From: a virus
Taxonomy: Duplodnaviria; Caudoviricetes
DNA: 48,925 nucleotides
Direction: 5' to 3' (one strand)
IMG/VR virus record: IMGVR_UViG_3300037991_004941
Span: 1-48,925 of that record
Made by a program: the position numbers and the translations under genes. This document shows positions 1 through 10,613 of this stretch, piece after piece (position 1 is the stretch's first letter; each line of letters starts with the position of its first letter). The notes under the pieces are model-generated. The model made no database searches, was not told the DNA's origin, and saw only the letters and a list, made by a program, of their open reading frames with translations.

Positions 1-1346
1 GAAAAATAGGAACGGACGTTAACATCAATCTCACCAGCGCCACTGTCCCCTGTATTATTAGCGCCAAACAGTAAGTTGCCACTAGTATCATTGATTTTGA
101 TATAGTTGAGATAATCAAAACCAGTATGCGCTGTAGATGTTGTAAGCTCATTATCTAATTCAAAGTCTTGCTTTGTATTGCCATCAGTAAATGAAAGCAA
201 GTTGTTTTGAAGTTGTGTATTATCTACACCTGCGGCGGCGATTGTGACATGCCCGTTGCTGTCAACGTCGAAATCTTCCTGTGCAAAACTAGCCAGTCCC
301 TTCTGCTCCGTTGCCTCATCCGCGAGGTAACGCCATGATCCAGTATCACCACTGGAATGAGTAGGAGCACCAGCACCAGCAGCAATCGTTCCAAGTGCTT
401 GGTATACTTTTGATGCATTCTGGATAATATCATATCTAGAATAAGTTGTCCCTGCAGCATAGTTAGGATACTTACTACCTTCAGTAGCAGTAGCAATAGG
501 CACATTGACAGCGTTCGTTAACCTACCATAAGCATCAACTGTAAATTTCGTAGCGTTTACAGTTTCAGTGCCAAAAGGTTCGCTGTTGCCACCAACACCA
601 GATACAGATGTGAGTGATTCAGTATTATAGTTACCTGCTTGGACAGCAGTAACAATAAGGTCAATAGTTGGATTGCCAATGATACCACCACCATCATTGA
701 TGGCGATTCTACCTGCTGTGCCAGTGATTGTCCTAGTTACAATACTATTAGGAGCATTCCTAGTGAGCATCCCTGTAGTGGTAAGAGAAGCAAGGGAATT
801 CAAGTCACCATCATATGGTTGAGCACCTGTACCTTCAATACTAGTGTCTAATCCATATTCCTGAATTGTGGTTGGGTTGGAAGCATTAATAACCCTACCC
901 TTGGCATCAACTAAAACTTTTGTGTAAGTTGCCGAAGGTACAGACGTGCCATCATAATGAGGAAGCGTTTGTACTAATGATAACTCAGCATTCAGGTTGA
1001 GGTTTGCAGATCCATCAAAAACACCAGAAGCAGTAACATCCGTAGATAATTGGATTTGGCGAGTAGAAGATAATCTAGCAGCAGTAGAAGAATTACCGAT
1101 CAGAGTTGCAGTAATTGTGCCCGCTGCAAAGTTGCCGTCCGCATCTCTCTGGACCAGCGTATTTGCAGTGTTTGATGTAGATTCAATAGGTCTCTCATAT
1201 CTAAGAGAGTTCCATGCGGTCACACCATCACCGATTTTGATGCGACCCGTATCGAGCTCGATCCCCAATTCACCCTGAGCAAGGGTAGGGTTAGCGTTTG
1301 CCCATTCCTGAGCGCCACCTCTTCTAAGTTGAATTCTATTTGCCAT
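1..1346 (-). CDS. Tail fibre protein with N-terminal Mtd_N-like domain (3' end truncated by window)
   Basis: Absent from the ORF track. ATG at 1346 gives MANRIQLRRGGAQEWANANPTLAQGELGIELDTGRIKIGDGVTAWNSLRY, a typical Mtd_N-type start, followed by fibre motifs such as YTKVLVDAKGRV. A late promoter lies just upstream. Confidence 0.8.
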   Translation of the reverse strand, partial: MANRIQLRRGGAQEWANANPTLAQGELGIELDTGRIKIGDGVTAWNSLRYERPIESTSNTANTLVQRDADGNFAAGTITATLIGNSSTAARLSSTRQIQLSTDVTASGVFDGSANLNLNAELSLVQTLPHYDGTSVPSATYTKVLVDAKGRVINASNPTTIQEYGLDTSIEGTGAQPYDGDLNSLASLTTTGMLTRNAPNSIVTRTITGTAGRIAINDGGGIIGNPTIDLIVTAVQAGNYNTESLTSVSGVGGNSEPFGTETVNATKFTVDAYGRLTNAVNVPIATATEGSKYPNYAAGTTYSRYDIIQNASKVYQALGTIAAGAGAPTHSSGDTGSWRYLADEATEQKGLASFAQEDFDVDSNGHVTIAAAGVDNTQLQNNLLSFTDGNTKQDFELDNELTTSTAHTGFDYLNYIKINDTSGNLLFGANNTGDSGAGEIDVNVRSYF

Positions 1347-1382
1347 TTGTTACGACAACCCGATTAGTTAATGCTTCTGAGT

Positions 1383-1389
1383 TATTTAT
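1383..1389 (-). promoter_or_regulatory. T4-like late promoter (ATAAATA)
   Basis: tatttat on + reads ATAAATA on -, in the intergenic gap about 37 nt upstream of the tail fibre ATG. Confidence 0.75.
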
Positions 1390-1395
1390 GCCATT

Positions 1396-1418
1396 AAAAA
1401 GGGGGCATTGTGCCCCCC
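1396..1418 (-). terminator. Rho-independent terminator
   Basis: Minus strand reads GGGGGCA-CAA-TGCCCCC-TTTTT just after the stop of the 70-aa ORF. Confidence 0.85.
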
Positions 1419-1423
1419 TACTA

Positions 1424-1636
1424 TTATTCAGTTTCTTCGTCTGGAGGATGAGACATAGTTTCTTCCTCTGGAGCGGCAAGATACTCAAGAGTTTCCAGTG
1501 CTCCTTGAAGTTTTAATGCAGTAATCTCATTTTGTTTGATCTGCTCTGCAAGTTTTTTATTTTCTTCAATTAGAGCAGTATACCGATTTTTAAAACTCTC
1601 AGCCATTTCTTCCTGAGAGATCTTTTCAATTGCCAT
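1424..1636 (-). CDS. Small coiled-coil hypothetical protein
   Basis: 70-aa ORF with heptad pattern (LIEENKKLAEQIKQNEITALKLQGALETL), packed tightly against its neighbours. Confidence 0.75.
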   Translation of the reverse strand: MAIEKISQEEMAESFKNRYTALIEENKKLAEQIKQNEITALKLQGALETLEYLAAPEEETMSHPPDEETE

Positions 1637-1638
1637 AA

Positions 1639-1866
1639 TTAACCTTTTTGATCTTGGACTAACGTTAGTAAGAGAGACTTGATCTCACTCATATCAGATT
1701 TTAGGTTGGAAACGTCATTTTGTAAAGCTTCCATTTTTTCCTTTTCATCTTTTTCTGCCTGGTAGGCAGCCATATATTTTTTATATGAAGTGGAGTGGGA
1801 AAGATCTATAGCACCAGACTCTAGATCTTTTTGCCACCCCTCATTATCTTTAATTGGTAGTTTCAT
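1639..1866 (-). CDS. Small coiled-coil hypothetical protein
   Basis: 75-aa ORF whose start overlaps the upstream stop; C-terminal heptads (LQNDVSNLKSDMSEIKSLL). Confidence 0.8.
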   Translation of the reverse strand: MKLPIKDNEGWQKDLESGAIDLSHSTSYKKYMAAYQAEKDEKEKMEALQNDVSNLKSDMSEIKSLLLTLVQDQKG

Positions 1867-4800
1867 TATACTGCAAGAGCAATCGCTCTGAAGTCTTTAA
1901 TAATGGGGACAAATGCCTGATTAGGAGAAACAAATACCAGTTTGATTTGGAATGCCGTGAAGTCCAAACCATTCACTTCATATTCATAATCTTGATACAA
2001 CTCATTCTCCGTTGTTGCGGGAATAGTTGCATCACTCGTCGGGAAGAATTCGTAACCAATTGTATCAATCGATTCCGTGGATCCCGTAGGCACCACTCTA
2101 TATAGGGGTTTGATGAATGTATTGGGAGGACGGTAACCCGCAAAGATCAGTTTGATAGAAGATGATGGATTTGTAAGAGTTGCAACTTTAGTAATATATG
2201 CTGCAGTATGATCATCACCAGCAGGCAGAAGTGCGCTATTGGGATTAGAAGGATTGTTGATTCTGTTAGAAACTAACGTCACTGACAGACGATCCGTATC
2301 AATGATGGGAGATACATTTGTCACATCGCTCAGGAGATTCAAATCCATTCTCAAAGATTTAGCACCAGACAATTCGGAAGACTCGTTGATTTGTGAGCAA
2401 ATCAGTTGAGGTGAATTGAAGTAGTTGTCATTATTGAGAAGAATGTCATAGAATTCACCAGTGTTACTGAAGGAATTCTGACTCAAGTTGGTGCTGTCAT
2501 TGATAGATGTGCCCGTAATTGTATTGACTCTACCAGTAACATTTGTTTTAGGAAGTAACAGTCTCTGAATATTGGGAGACATGACTTCATATTGAATATT
2601 CTGAGTAGCAACAATATTACCACCACCAGACTTAATACCCAATCTACCGAGAGATGATGTAGCAACATCATAACTATCAATGGTAGGTGTTAGGATTGCC
2701 TCGTGAGTTTTATTGATCTCAGGAAGAGGAATGCCATCCAAGTTATAGCAATGGACCATTGTCTCATCTGCATGAGATACTGCCGTAGTGCCATCAATAC
2801 CTCTTTCATTAATGGTAATCGTCTTACCATTATTTGTAATTCCACTGTAAGACATAATCTCGTTGTGGATCTTAAGGAATCCGAGGTTGCTTGCACTGAC
2901 CGCAGCACCATTAATAATGGTGTGGAATGCACTTCCATCATTGACCTGAATAGTAGTATCAGTATCAGAGATAGATGATGTCAGGAATGTGGGGGATACC
3001 TCAGACTCAACACCTTCAATAACAACGTTATTGTCAGTATCATTCATTGCATGGTTGTAATGGAAGATTCTAACCTTTCTGTTGGATGCAGTATAAGTTG
3101 GAGTTGTGCTTACATATGCATCATCAACTGCACTACTGCTAGGGGTGGTGTCACCAGAATATGTGATCGTGGCAACTGTAGCAGTGGTATTTGAATCTCC
3201 GCCAGTAATTGTCTCTGTGCCTGGGTTAAACTCAGTTGAGATATAACGTAAGGTCAGAGTATTTGTGTTAGCATCCCAAGTAATGACTTCTGCACTAGGA
3301 GCAGATGCTGAGTTACCACTGATAGTCTCACCAACAGCAAAGTCGGCAGAGGGAGCAGTAACAGTCATGGTTGCAAGAGTCTTAGAAGAAACGACTCTAT
3401 TCAGAATGACTCCACCAGTGTTAGATCCAGCAGCCCAGTTGCCTGAGATGTCATTCACAGTCAAAACTGTGCCACCAACAGTATCTTCAACACCAACAAC
3501 AGTTGCCTGAGCAAGAGTTGTTTCTTGCTTAATTCTGGCACCAATAGTGAAGGCGAGAGTTGAATTCATAACCAGTTGCAATTCTGGTTGGAATGTTTGG
3601 ACAGCATCAATACCAAGATTGACTTTACCTTTGTTACCTCTATCCAGAGGTGCATTATTCAGAGTGATAACAGATGTCTTTGTATTATCGAATACTGCTC
3701 TGTTGATCTGGAATTTCAAGTCCTCATACTGGTCTGCTGTCCATGTAGTAGCGTTTTGAGACTTAAACAGGACACCTGCATATGGTTGCTCGGAGATTGT
3801 GCGGTCTCCAGAAATATCCAATTCACCCATTCTAGAGATCCAAACTTGATAGGAGTTGGAGTCAGAGAAGAGGACAAAGCAGTGCTCAATAGACTGTGGA
3901 ATATAAACGGGTGCTTGGAATACAAATGTAGTTGCAACAGATCCAGTTTCGGAAATCTGGACATCAGCAGGGTTGATAGTAACATCAGAGAAAGGAAGAA
4001 TAGTTGTCGTAGGATAACCATTTTCCATTGTCCTGATCTGCATAGAGATGGGAATATTCTCATCTTTAGCATTGAAGAATACAGAGACTGATGTAAGGAA
4101 TACACCACCTTCTTCATCAACCAGGAAAGATTGTGCAAGAGGGTCCCACCAACCAACCTGTCTAGATTCTGTCCGAGTCGAGCTGACTGTCCGATCTTGA
4201 CTTACAGTATCTCTAACAATATCTGCATTTCTGATAGCAAGGACGTTTTCTTGGACAGTATTCAAGGTACCTGCTGCAGCATATTCTGCCTGTGCGGCAG
4301 ATGCAACAGCACCAGGAAGACGTGAATCATCTTCGTTAGTTGTAAATCTAATGACTCTAGTGCCAGTATTCCAACGAGGATTGGTATCGACACCAGGATC
4401 AGGAATAGCAAAGGATCCTCGGTATTGTCCAAGTCTATCTGTGACGATTCTTCTATTTTGGACAACAGCAGTTGCACCAGATTCACCCTCAAGGATTTCT
4501 CCAACTTGGACATTTCCGAAGAATGACCCCTGTGCTTGCTCTGCAAGAGAAATGGTGTCAATATTCAAGAATGCTGTTGTGGATGAGTATGATGTGGGCA
4601 TAGCAGCATCATCATACGGATTAAATTTGAAGTAGTCATCAGGTGCAGCAACTCTAAACTTACAACCACTAGTAAGACCAGTTACTGTCTCGCCAATAAC
4701 GAAAGGAGTTGAGTTTGTCCGACTATCTGTAGAGGGATCTTTGATCAATTCAATAACCTTGGGGACAAGGAAATCATCAATCTTCTGACCATCAAAGAAT

Positions 4801-7800
4801 GCAAAGAAGGATGTCCGAGGTTTCATACGGACAATATTAACATCAACGTTTCTAGATCTAATCCAAGGAATTGCAGTAGAGGAAAGGACACTATCTCCAA
4901 GAGATTGGCGATCAATCCTGGGGACAACTCTTGTCCGAATACCAGTCCTAGACAGAGATGTAGTGGTGGTGGTTGTGACGTTTTGCATAACTCGTCTACC
5001 ACGACCAGGACGGAAGTTAGCAAACGTATGCTCTCTCCAAGATCCACCTGCAACAGGTCCACTAGTGGAGCTCCAGTTAGTCCTCCAGGCATTCCACTGA
5101 ATAGGTGCAAAACCATTCTGATCAACATTCAGTCTTTCCTGAGTTGCCCTAAAGTCACCTTCCATATTGGTAACTCTAGTTGGCAGACGGTTAGTATCTA
5201 CCCAGTCATCAGATGCAGGAGTAAGATCGATTCTACCAATATAAGCAAAAACGTTGAATGGGTTAACATTCTCAACACGAGATGCATATGGTTGATCAAC
5301 TAATAATTCCTCTTGATATGGAAGAGTGATCAGAGGACCAGTCTTTTGGTAGTTGGCAGAAAGGGACTCATTAAGTACAAGAGGTACGTTTGTAGTGTAG
5401 TGAGAAGGTCTGCAGGTGCCCTCAACATAATCGAGAGCAACACCATAATCTTCAAGACCAACAGCAGATTTTGCATGATCAGTAAAGTCGTCAACCAGGA
5501 AACCATTCTTAAATCTATTCTTACCAGCAGCATCAGTGATCTGGAAGTTGATTGTATCTGCTTCAAGCATGTTGATAGCAGTATAGTATTCAACTTGGTC
5601 AAGACGCTTTTCAATAGATCCAATATCTCTCATTGTATAACGTCTGTTATCAGACTTGACGATGATTACATCATCTTCTGGATCAAAACCATAGGGTCTG
5701 TGTCTGAGCAGAGCAAGTTGCATACCCTCAGCGATGTCATCGGGAGGATTGGGAATCTCTTCAGACTTACCTTTAACAACTTGGAATTCACCATTAGGCA
5801 GCAAGAATAGTTTGTCAATTCTAGGCAGATACCAGTCGAAGTCACAACGGAAGTCGCTATTCAGTTTAGGAATGTCAATCAGCGTTGCTGCAGGTGTAGA
5901 AGAGGTTGGGAATACTCTTGACTTAAAGTCAAATGTGGAGCAATTTACAAATGCAGGAGATGCAACTGTGCCAGATCCACTGTAAAGATTCTTACAACCA
6001 GGACGGAAATCTAGGAAATCTGCAAGGAATGCTTCACCATAGAAAGGCACATCCTCATAATCAGTATCCAGATAAGATTGACCACCAAAATAGTCACCAG
6101 TTGCAGAATGATTGTAGTAATCAAGGACAACTTTTAACTTACGAATAGGTGTTGCAACACCTTTCTGTCTAACCAGAGCAGAAGTTGTATATAAGAAGTT
6201 GGTTTGACCATCGCGAAGTTGATATCTATCGGTGACAACTTTAGATCCAATAACCACAGACCCATCAGAGTCATTGATAATTCCACTGATTGCATTGTTG
6301 CTGCTATCAAAACCATTTACAATTTCACCAGGGACTAATTGACCAGAAAGATATACGATAGTCAACTTAAGGGTGCTGGAGTTGAAGTCTACAACACGAG
6401 CACGAGCACCAGAAGTTTTGCCAATAACAACAGATCCAGTTGCAAAGAAAGACGGCTCAACTAAGGTGACAGAGGGAATTACGGGATCTGCATCATCCAG
6501 TGATTCATAGACAGCATGAATATTATATGCATCAATCAGACCCAAAGAAATCTCTTTGTCTTCAATTCTAGTGCCATACAAGAATGAATGAGTCAGACCA
6601 TAGTTTTGCTTGTCAAGATTACTCTGAGTTTTGTTAACCTTCAGAATAAACATTCTAGAAGGAGACTTAGTTTTTCTTGTGGTAAAGTTTTTGGATACTG
6701 TGCCAGTAACTTTAACAGTGGTAATGTTTGTCAGATTATCGATCTGCAGAGTAGTCCTCTCAGCAGAAGTAAATGATGTATAACCAAATGCACCAGTATT
6801 GGTGTCATCAATAGGAATCTGAGATCCAACAGGATATGATCCGTTGCTGGATGCCATTACGGTAAACGTAAAATGGTTATCAGAAAGTGCAGCAAACTGC
6901 TCATTTTCTGGCAACGTAATTGAGATGGAGTTAGATGCAACAGTCTGTGAATCGAATGTCCTTCTGACAGTCATTGATTCGTCAGAAATGCTCTTGACAT
7001 AAGGTCTAGGCATTCTGCTCATCAGATCTGCATTTTCAAGACCAAACAGTTTTCCTCTATATCTCAGCAATGCTGTATATGTGCCAGCAACAGGAGCAAC
7101 TGCTCCAGGAGTTACATTGACAACCTGAGTTTGATAATTGAAAATTGTGCCTACTCTAGATGCACCAAGATTAGTAGGATCTACTAAATCAACAGTTACA
7201 AACGCAGTGTCCGAGAAGTAAATTTTATCTCCAGGTCTCAGGTCAGCAGCAAAATTACTATTCAGACCAGTAATAGTCTCAGATCCACCAGTTGCATCAT
7301 ATGTAAACGATGCACCTTGCACCAGTTTGATATTCTCAAGCATCAAATCAGCAGTAAATTCTACTGCTTGTGTGATTTCATCCCGAGCAGCAAAAGATCT
7401 GGTGTCAGAATACACATAAGTATGGAAGTGTGTAATAGTATCTAAGTTGAGTCCATCAACTGTTACCATTTCACCTGTTTGGAAGGTGCCTTCTACCTGA
7501 TAGACAGGAATATCATTACTAGAAGAAACACTACTAATTACATATGCTCTAGCACCAGAGTTTACACCAACAATAATAGATCCCTGTTGGACATCAACAT
7601 CACTATTGAGCATCAGGATAGTAACCATCTGGACATCAGACAGATGCAACTTATAGATATCATCTGCGTTACCAAAAACGCCATCAGGATTGGAAGTAAA
7701 CTCGCAAGATTTTACACGAGCATAACCAATCAAGTTGCCACTGATGTCTCCAGGAGTTGCAATCGCATTATCATACAACTCAACCGTTTGATAATGATTT

Positions 7801-9041
7801 GAGATTGTTGCACCAGAGCAATTTGGGAAACCGAAAATATTATTGATGTTTGAGAAGTTGCCCATCTCAAACGGGATAATAACGTTTTGTGCAGCATCAG
7901 TTGATCTTGGTTTGTCAAGATCCAAATAAACTGGACTGAGGTTTTTGATTCTATAACCTCTTACATATGCAACACCAGGACTGAATTCAACTGCATACAT
8001 TGCAGAAGACGCACCATTCCCCTGTGCAGTAGTTTCTCCCTGTGTATATACACCATTATTGAATCCATCATCCAGATTCTCTCTCATGGTGATCTGGAAA
8101 TCATTTACAACATAGTTTCCAGACTCTTCATAAGTCCTGAGAGCCATGGTCTTCTCAATTTCATCGTATGCACTACGATCGACCAATTTTTCAATCTTAT
8201 TGCCGTTAATTCTAAGCAATTCGATGAAGTCTTTATCTGCATCATCAGACAATAACTTCTTAGTAAGATTTGTGCTTATCTTGAATCGGTGAGCACCAGG
8301 AGCAGCATAGTTAGATGTGCCTGCAGCGTTATCATTAAGGGATAAGTCATCTTCTGGGGTGATGATTGACTCAAGGATTTCGAGACCGACTCTGTATTTG
8401 GGGTTAGTTCCATACTGATCAAGGAGGATATACTGATAAGGTACGTCAACAAAGAAACCTCTGATGAAGTATACACCTTCTTGGACATATGCAACAGATC
8501 CTGTTTGAAGTGCATCAGTAGGAAGCAACTGAGCAAACGGAGATCCAACTTCAATGAGAGTAGTGCCGAAAGTAATTTCTGTGTCTGTTACTAACTGCTC
8601 GTTGTTGGTAAATGTATTCTGACTGTTTTGCTCACCACCAGATTCAATATACTTGACGTAAATCGTAATATAACCACGCTCAGATTCTGCAGCAGGAATA
8701 CTATATAAAACTTTTGCTTTGACACCAGATGTTAGACCAGTAATAATTTTGTTGTCTAACTGTGACCGATAGTCCTCAACGTTTGCACCAAGGAAAGATT
8801 CCTGGAGCATGATTGCATTGACATTTAAGTCATAACCCACTTGTCCTGGGATGACCATGGCACCATCCTTAAACAGGTGCGAACCAACACTTTCAACCTG
8901 ATTTTGCAAAATACTTTGCATGGTTGTAAGTTCTCTCGCCTGAATCGGATATCCAGGGCGATACAACACTCGATAAAAGTTTTTCGCCTTATCGAAATCG
9001 TCGTAGTAAGGTGTGACGTTTAGGTTGGTGTTCTGTGCCAT
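1866..9041 (-). CDS. Large virion structural protein, DUF4815/VrlC-like
   Basis: 2391 aa; N-terminus PYYDDFD...LYRPGYPIQARELTTMQSILQNQ, internal NGFLVDDF and DPLAQSF, C-terminal PIIKDFRAIAL; position after gp8 is typical of cyanomyoviruses. Confidence 0.85.
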   Translation of the reverse strand: MAQNTNLNVTPYYDDFDKAKNFYRVLYRPGYPIQARELTTMQSILQNQVESVGSHLFKDGAMVIPGQVGYDLNVNAIMLQESFLGANVEDYRSQLDNKIITGLTSGVKAKVLYSIPAAESERGYITIYVKYIESGGEQNSQNTFTNNEQLVTDTEITFGTTLIEVGSPFAQLLPTDALQTGSVAYVQEGVYFIRGFFVDVPYQYILLDQYGTNPKYRVGLEILESIITPEDDLSLNDNAAGTSNYAAPGAHRFKISTNLTKKLLSDDADKDFIELLRINGNKIEKLVDRSAYDEIEKTMALRTYEESGNYVVNDFQITMRENLDDGFNNGVYTQGETTAQGNGASSAMYAVEFSPGVAYVRGYRIKNLSPVYLDLDKPRSTDAAQNVIIPFEMGNFSNINNIFGFPNCSGATISNHYQTVELYDNAIATPGDISGNLIGYARVKSCEFTSNPDGVFGNADDIYKLHLSDVQMVTILMLNSDVDVQQGSIIVGVNSGARAYVISSVSSSNDIPVYQVEGTFQTGEMVTVDGLNLDTITHFHTYVYSDTRSFAARDEITQAVEFTADLMLENIKLVQGASFTYDATGGSETITGLNSNFAADLRPGDKIYFSDTAFVTVDLVDPTNLGASRVGTIFNYQTQVVNVTPGAVAPVAGTYTALLRYRGKLFGLENADLMSRMPRPYVKSISDESMTVRRTFDSQTVASNSISITLPENEQFAALSDNHFTFTVMASSNGSYPVGSQIPIDDTNTGAFGYTSFTSAERTTLQIDNLTNITTVKVTGTVSKNFTTRKTKSPSRMFILKVNKTQSNLDKQNYGLTHSFLYGTRIEDKEISLGLIDAYNIHAVYESLDDADPVIPSVTLVEPSFFATGSVVIGKTSGARARVVDFNSSTLKLTIVYLSGQLVPGEIVNGFDSSNNAISGIINDSDGSVVIGSKVVTDRYQLRDGQTNFLYTTSALVRQKGVATPIRKLKVVLDYYNHSATGDYFGGQSYLDTDYEDVPFYGEAFLADFLDFRPGCKNLYSGSGTVASPAFVNCSTFDFKSRVFPTSSTPAATLIDIPKLNSDFRCDFDWYLPRIDKLFLLPNGEFQVVKGKSEEIPNPPDDIAEGMQLALLRHRPYGFDPEDDVIIVKSDNRRYTMRDIGSIEKRLDQVEYYTAINMLEADTINFQITDAAGKNRFKNGFLVDDFTDHAKSAVGLEDYGVALDYVEGTCRPSHYTTNVPLVLNESLSANYQKTGPLITLPYQEELLVDQPYASRVENVNPFNVFAYIGRIDLTPASDDWVDTNRLPTRVTNMEGDFRATQERLNVDQNGFAPIQWNAWRTNWSSTSGPVAGGSWREHTFANFRPGRGRRVMQNVTTTTTTSLSRTGIRTRVVPRIDRQSLGDSVLSSTAIPWIRSRNVDVNIVRMKPRTSFFAFFDGQKIDDFLVPKVIELIKDPSTDSRTNSTPFVIGETVTGLTSGCKFRVAAPDDYFKFNPYDDAAMPTSYSSTTAFLNIDTISLAEQAQGSFFGNVQVGEILEGESGATAVVQNRRIVTDRLGQYRGSFAIPDPGVDTNPRWNTGTRVIRFTTNEDDSRLPGAVASAAQAEYAAAGTLNTVQENVLAIRNADIVRDTVSQDRTVSSTRTESRQVGWWDPLAQSFLVDEEGGVFLTSVSVFFNAKDENIPISMQIRTMENGYPTTTILPFSDVTINPADVQISETGSVATTFVFQAPVYIPQSIEHCFVLFSDSNSYQVWISRMGELDISGDRTISEQPYAGVLFKSQNATTWTADQYEDLKFQINRAVFDNTKTSVITLNNAPLDRGNKGKVNLGIDAVQTFQPELQLVMNSTLAFTIGARIKQETTLAQATVVGVEDTVGGTVLTVNDISGNWAAGSNTGGVILNRVVSSKTLATMTVTAPSADFAVGETISGNSASAPSAEVITWDANTNTLTLRYISTEFNPGTETITGGDSNTTATVATITYSGDTTPSSSAVDDAYVSTTPTYTASNRKVRIFHYNHAMNDTDNNVVIEGVESEVSPTFLTSSISDTDTTIQVNDGSAFHTIINGAAVSASNLGFLKIHNEIMSYSGITNNGKTITINERGIDGTTAVSHADETMVHCYNLDGIPLPEINKTHEAILTPTIDSYDVATSSLGRLGIKSGGGNIVATQNIQYEVMSPNIQRLLLPKTNVTGRVNTITGTSINDSTNLSQNSFSNTGEFYDILLNNDNYFNSPQLICSQINESSELSGAKSLRMDLNLLSDVTNVSPIIDTDRLSVTLVSNRINNPSNPNSALLPAGDDHTAAYITKVATLTNPSSSIKLIFAGYRPPNTFIKPLYRVVPTGSTESIDTIGYEFFPTSDATIPATTENELYQDYEYEVNGLDFTAFQIKLVFVSPNQAFVPIIKDFRAIALAV

Positions 9042-10573
9042 TAGAATTCGATTACGATTTTAATATCTTCGATCTGGTCGTTTGCACGACTAATTGCTCT
9101 TCTATTATCTATGTAAATAATATCACCGTCATTTGACTTAATCTCGGGTTTTGCATACCCATTATTAAACTTCATACCCAAGTCATATTCAGTATTGTTA
9201 ATAGTCCTTGAAGAAGAGTTAGGGACTGCTGGGAAGTTTACATCGGGTTGACCTGAGGCACCAGATGTTGCTCCACTAATTACGTTTGATCCATCAAATT
9301 CATTAAGTGTGCCTGTAACTTCGGGGAAAATACCATCAACATTATTTTGATAATACTTCAATACCTTAGTAGTAGCATTCCAAGAAACAACCCGACCTCT
9401 TGCAGTAACATTCTGACCACCAACAACTCTATTTTGAGTGATGATTTCGTCAGGAGTATAGTTACCTTGGAAAGAAGGTGGGAAGATAACTGCTTTAGCA
9501 GCAGATACCGTCAAGTCAGAAAGTAATTCTTCTGTGCCAAACTTCTTAGGGTTAGTAATCAAACCAATACGACGATAGTCGTTATCAATAGGGAAGTCAC
9601 CAGCACCTTCAGCATATGATGTCTTGGAGTTGATCATCACACGGAAAGCACCTAATTCGACAATAGGGTCGAAACCATGACCATTCGGAGGAGGAATGAT
9701 AACGTCAACCTGACCACTGGTCCCTGTGCCAATGCCAGTAATGTTATCAACACTAATCTTACCAAAAGTATATCCTGTGCCACCAGAAGTAACAGTAGCA
9801 GAAATAATCTTACCACCGTCTACAACGATTGATACCCTACCACCTGTGCCATCACCGTTAATTGCAACATTGTCGTATGTGCCGTTGTTATAACCTGTGC
9901 CCGCAGATGTAATAACAACCGTATCAACTTCACCAGATACAGCATTCGTCTTGACCGCATCGTTGACGAAAACTGGCATGTAATCGTTGGAGAAAAACTT
10001 CAAAACAGAAGCAACAGGGATGGTGTAAAGATATTTCCAGCGATAACTATCAGCAGTAGTGATAATAGAAGTAGAAGTGCCAGTCGGCTCAACCGTTGAC
10101 GGTTTACCGTTAGGATCTGATGGAGATGTGCCATTGTAGATACACTTGTATACTTGATACTGAGAATTCACAACATAAAAGTCGGAATCATACAGTTTAG
10201 TAGCACCAGATGAAGCAGTTTTACTTGGAGAGTAATCGTGACGATACATATCGTATGTAAAACCCAAACCACCAGTGGTTTGCTCTGGAGACACCCAGTC
10301 AATTCTACGAACAACCTGAATCGTATCAGATGCCAATACACGCTTTAGCGCGATCATGTCATCGTAAGATCCAGAAAATTCTTGGAAAGAATCAACTGCC
10401 TGCGGCGGTGAATTTTCATTGTCCCATGATTGGGGACGCCCAATAAAGATGTACAAACGATCTCTCGTTGCACCTGCTACATCGTCACTTTGGGTGGCGA
10501 CAGGACCTTCAAGGGCTTTGATAAATTTCTTCGCAGAAAAAATTCTAAATTGATCAGTTAGTAGGGCGGCCAT
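9041..10573 (-). CDS. gp8: Baseplate wedge subunit gp8
   Basis: 510 aa; motifs LYIFIGRPQSW, VYKCIYNG, YRWKYLYTI, NDYRRIGLITNP and C-terminal IYIDNRRAISRANDQIEDIKIVIEF. Confidence 0.9.
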   Translation of the reverse strand: MAALLTDQFRIFSAKKFIKALEGPVATQSDDVAGATRDRLYIFIGRPQSWDNENSPPQAVDSFQEFSGSYDDMIALKRVLASDTIQVVRRIDWVSPEQTTGGLGFTYDMYRHDYSPSKTASSGATKLYDSDFYVVNSQYQVYKCIYNGTSPSDPNGKPSTVEPTGTSTSIITTADSYRWKYLYTIPVASVLKFFSNDYMPVFVNDAVKTNAVSGEVDTVVITSAGTGYNNGTYDNVAINGDGTGGRVSIVVDGGKIISATVTSGGTGYTFGKISVDNITGIGTGTSGQVDVIIPPPNGHGFDPIVELGAFRVMINSKTSYAEGAGDFPIDNDYRRIGLITNPKKFGTEELLSDLTVSAAKAVIFPPSFQGNYTPDEIITQNRVVGGQNVTARGRVVSWNATTKVLKYYQNNVDGIFPEVTGTLNEFDGSNVISGATSGASGQPDVNFPAVPNSSSRTINNTEYDLGMKFNNGYAKPEIKSNDGDIIYIDNRRAISRANDQIEDIKIVIEF

Positions 10574-10601
10574 TTAAATAGGGACTAGTATTCCTCTTGT
10601 C

Positions 10602-10608
10602 TATTTAT
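10602..10608 (-). promoter_or_regulatory. T4-like late promoter (ATAAATA)
   Basis: tatttat in the short gap upstream of gp8. Confidence 0.75.
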
Positions 10609-10613
10609 TAAGG

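Noticed and set aside
1-1346. Diversity-generating retroelement suggested by the Mtd_N domain
   Set aside because: There is no reverse transcriptase and no template/variable repeat pair in the window; Mtd_N is common in ordinary tail fibres.
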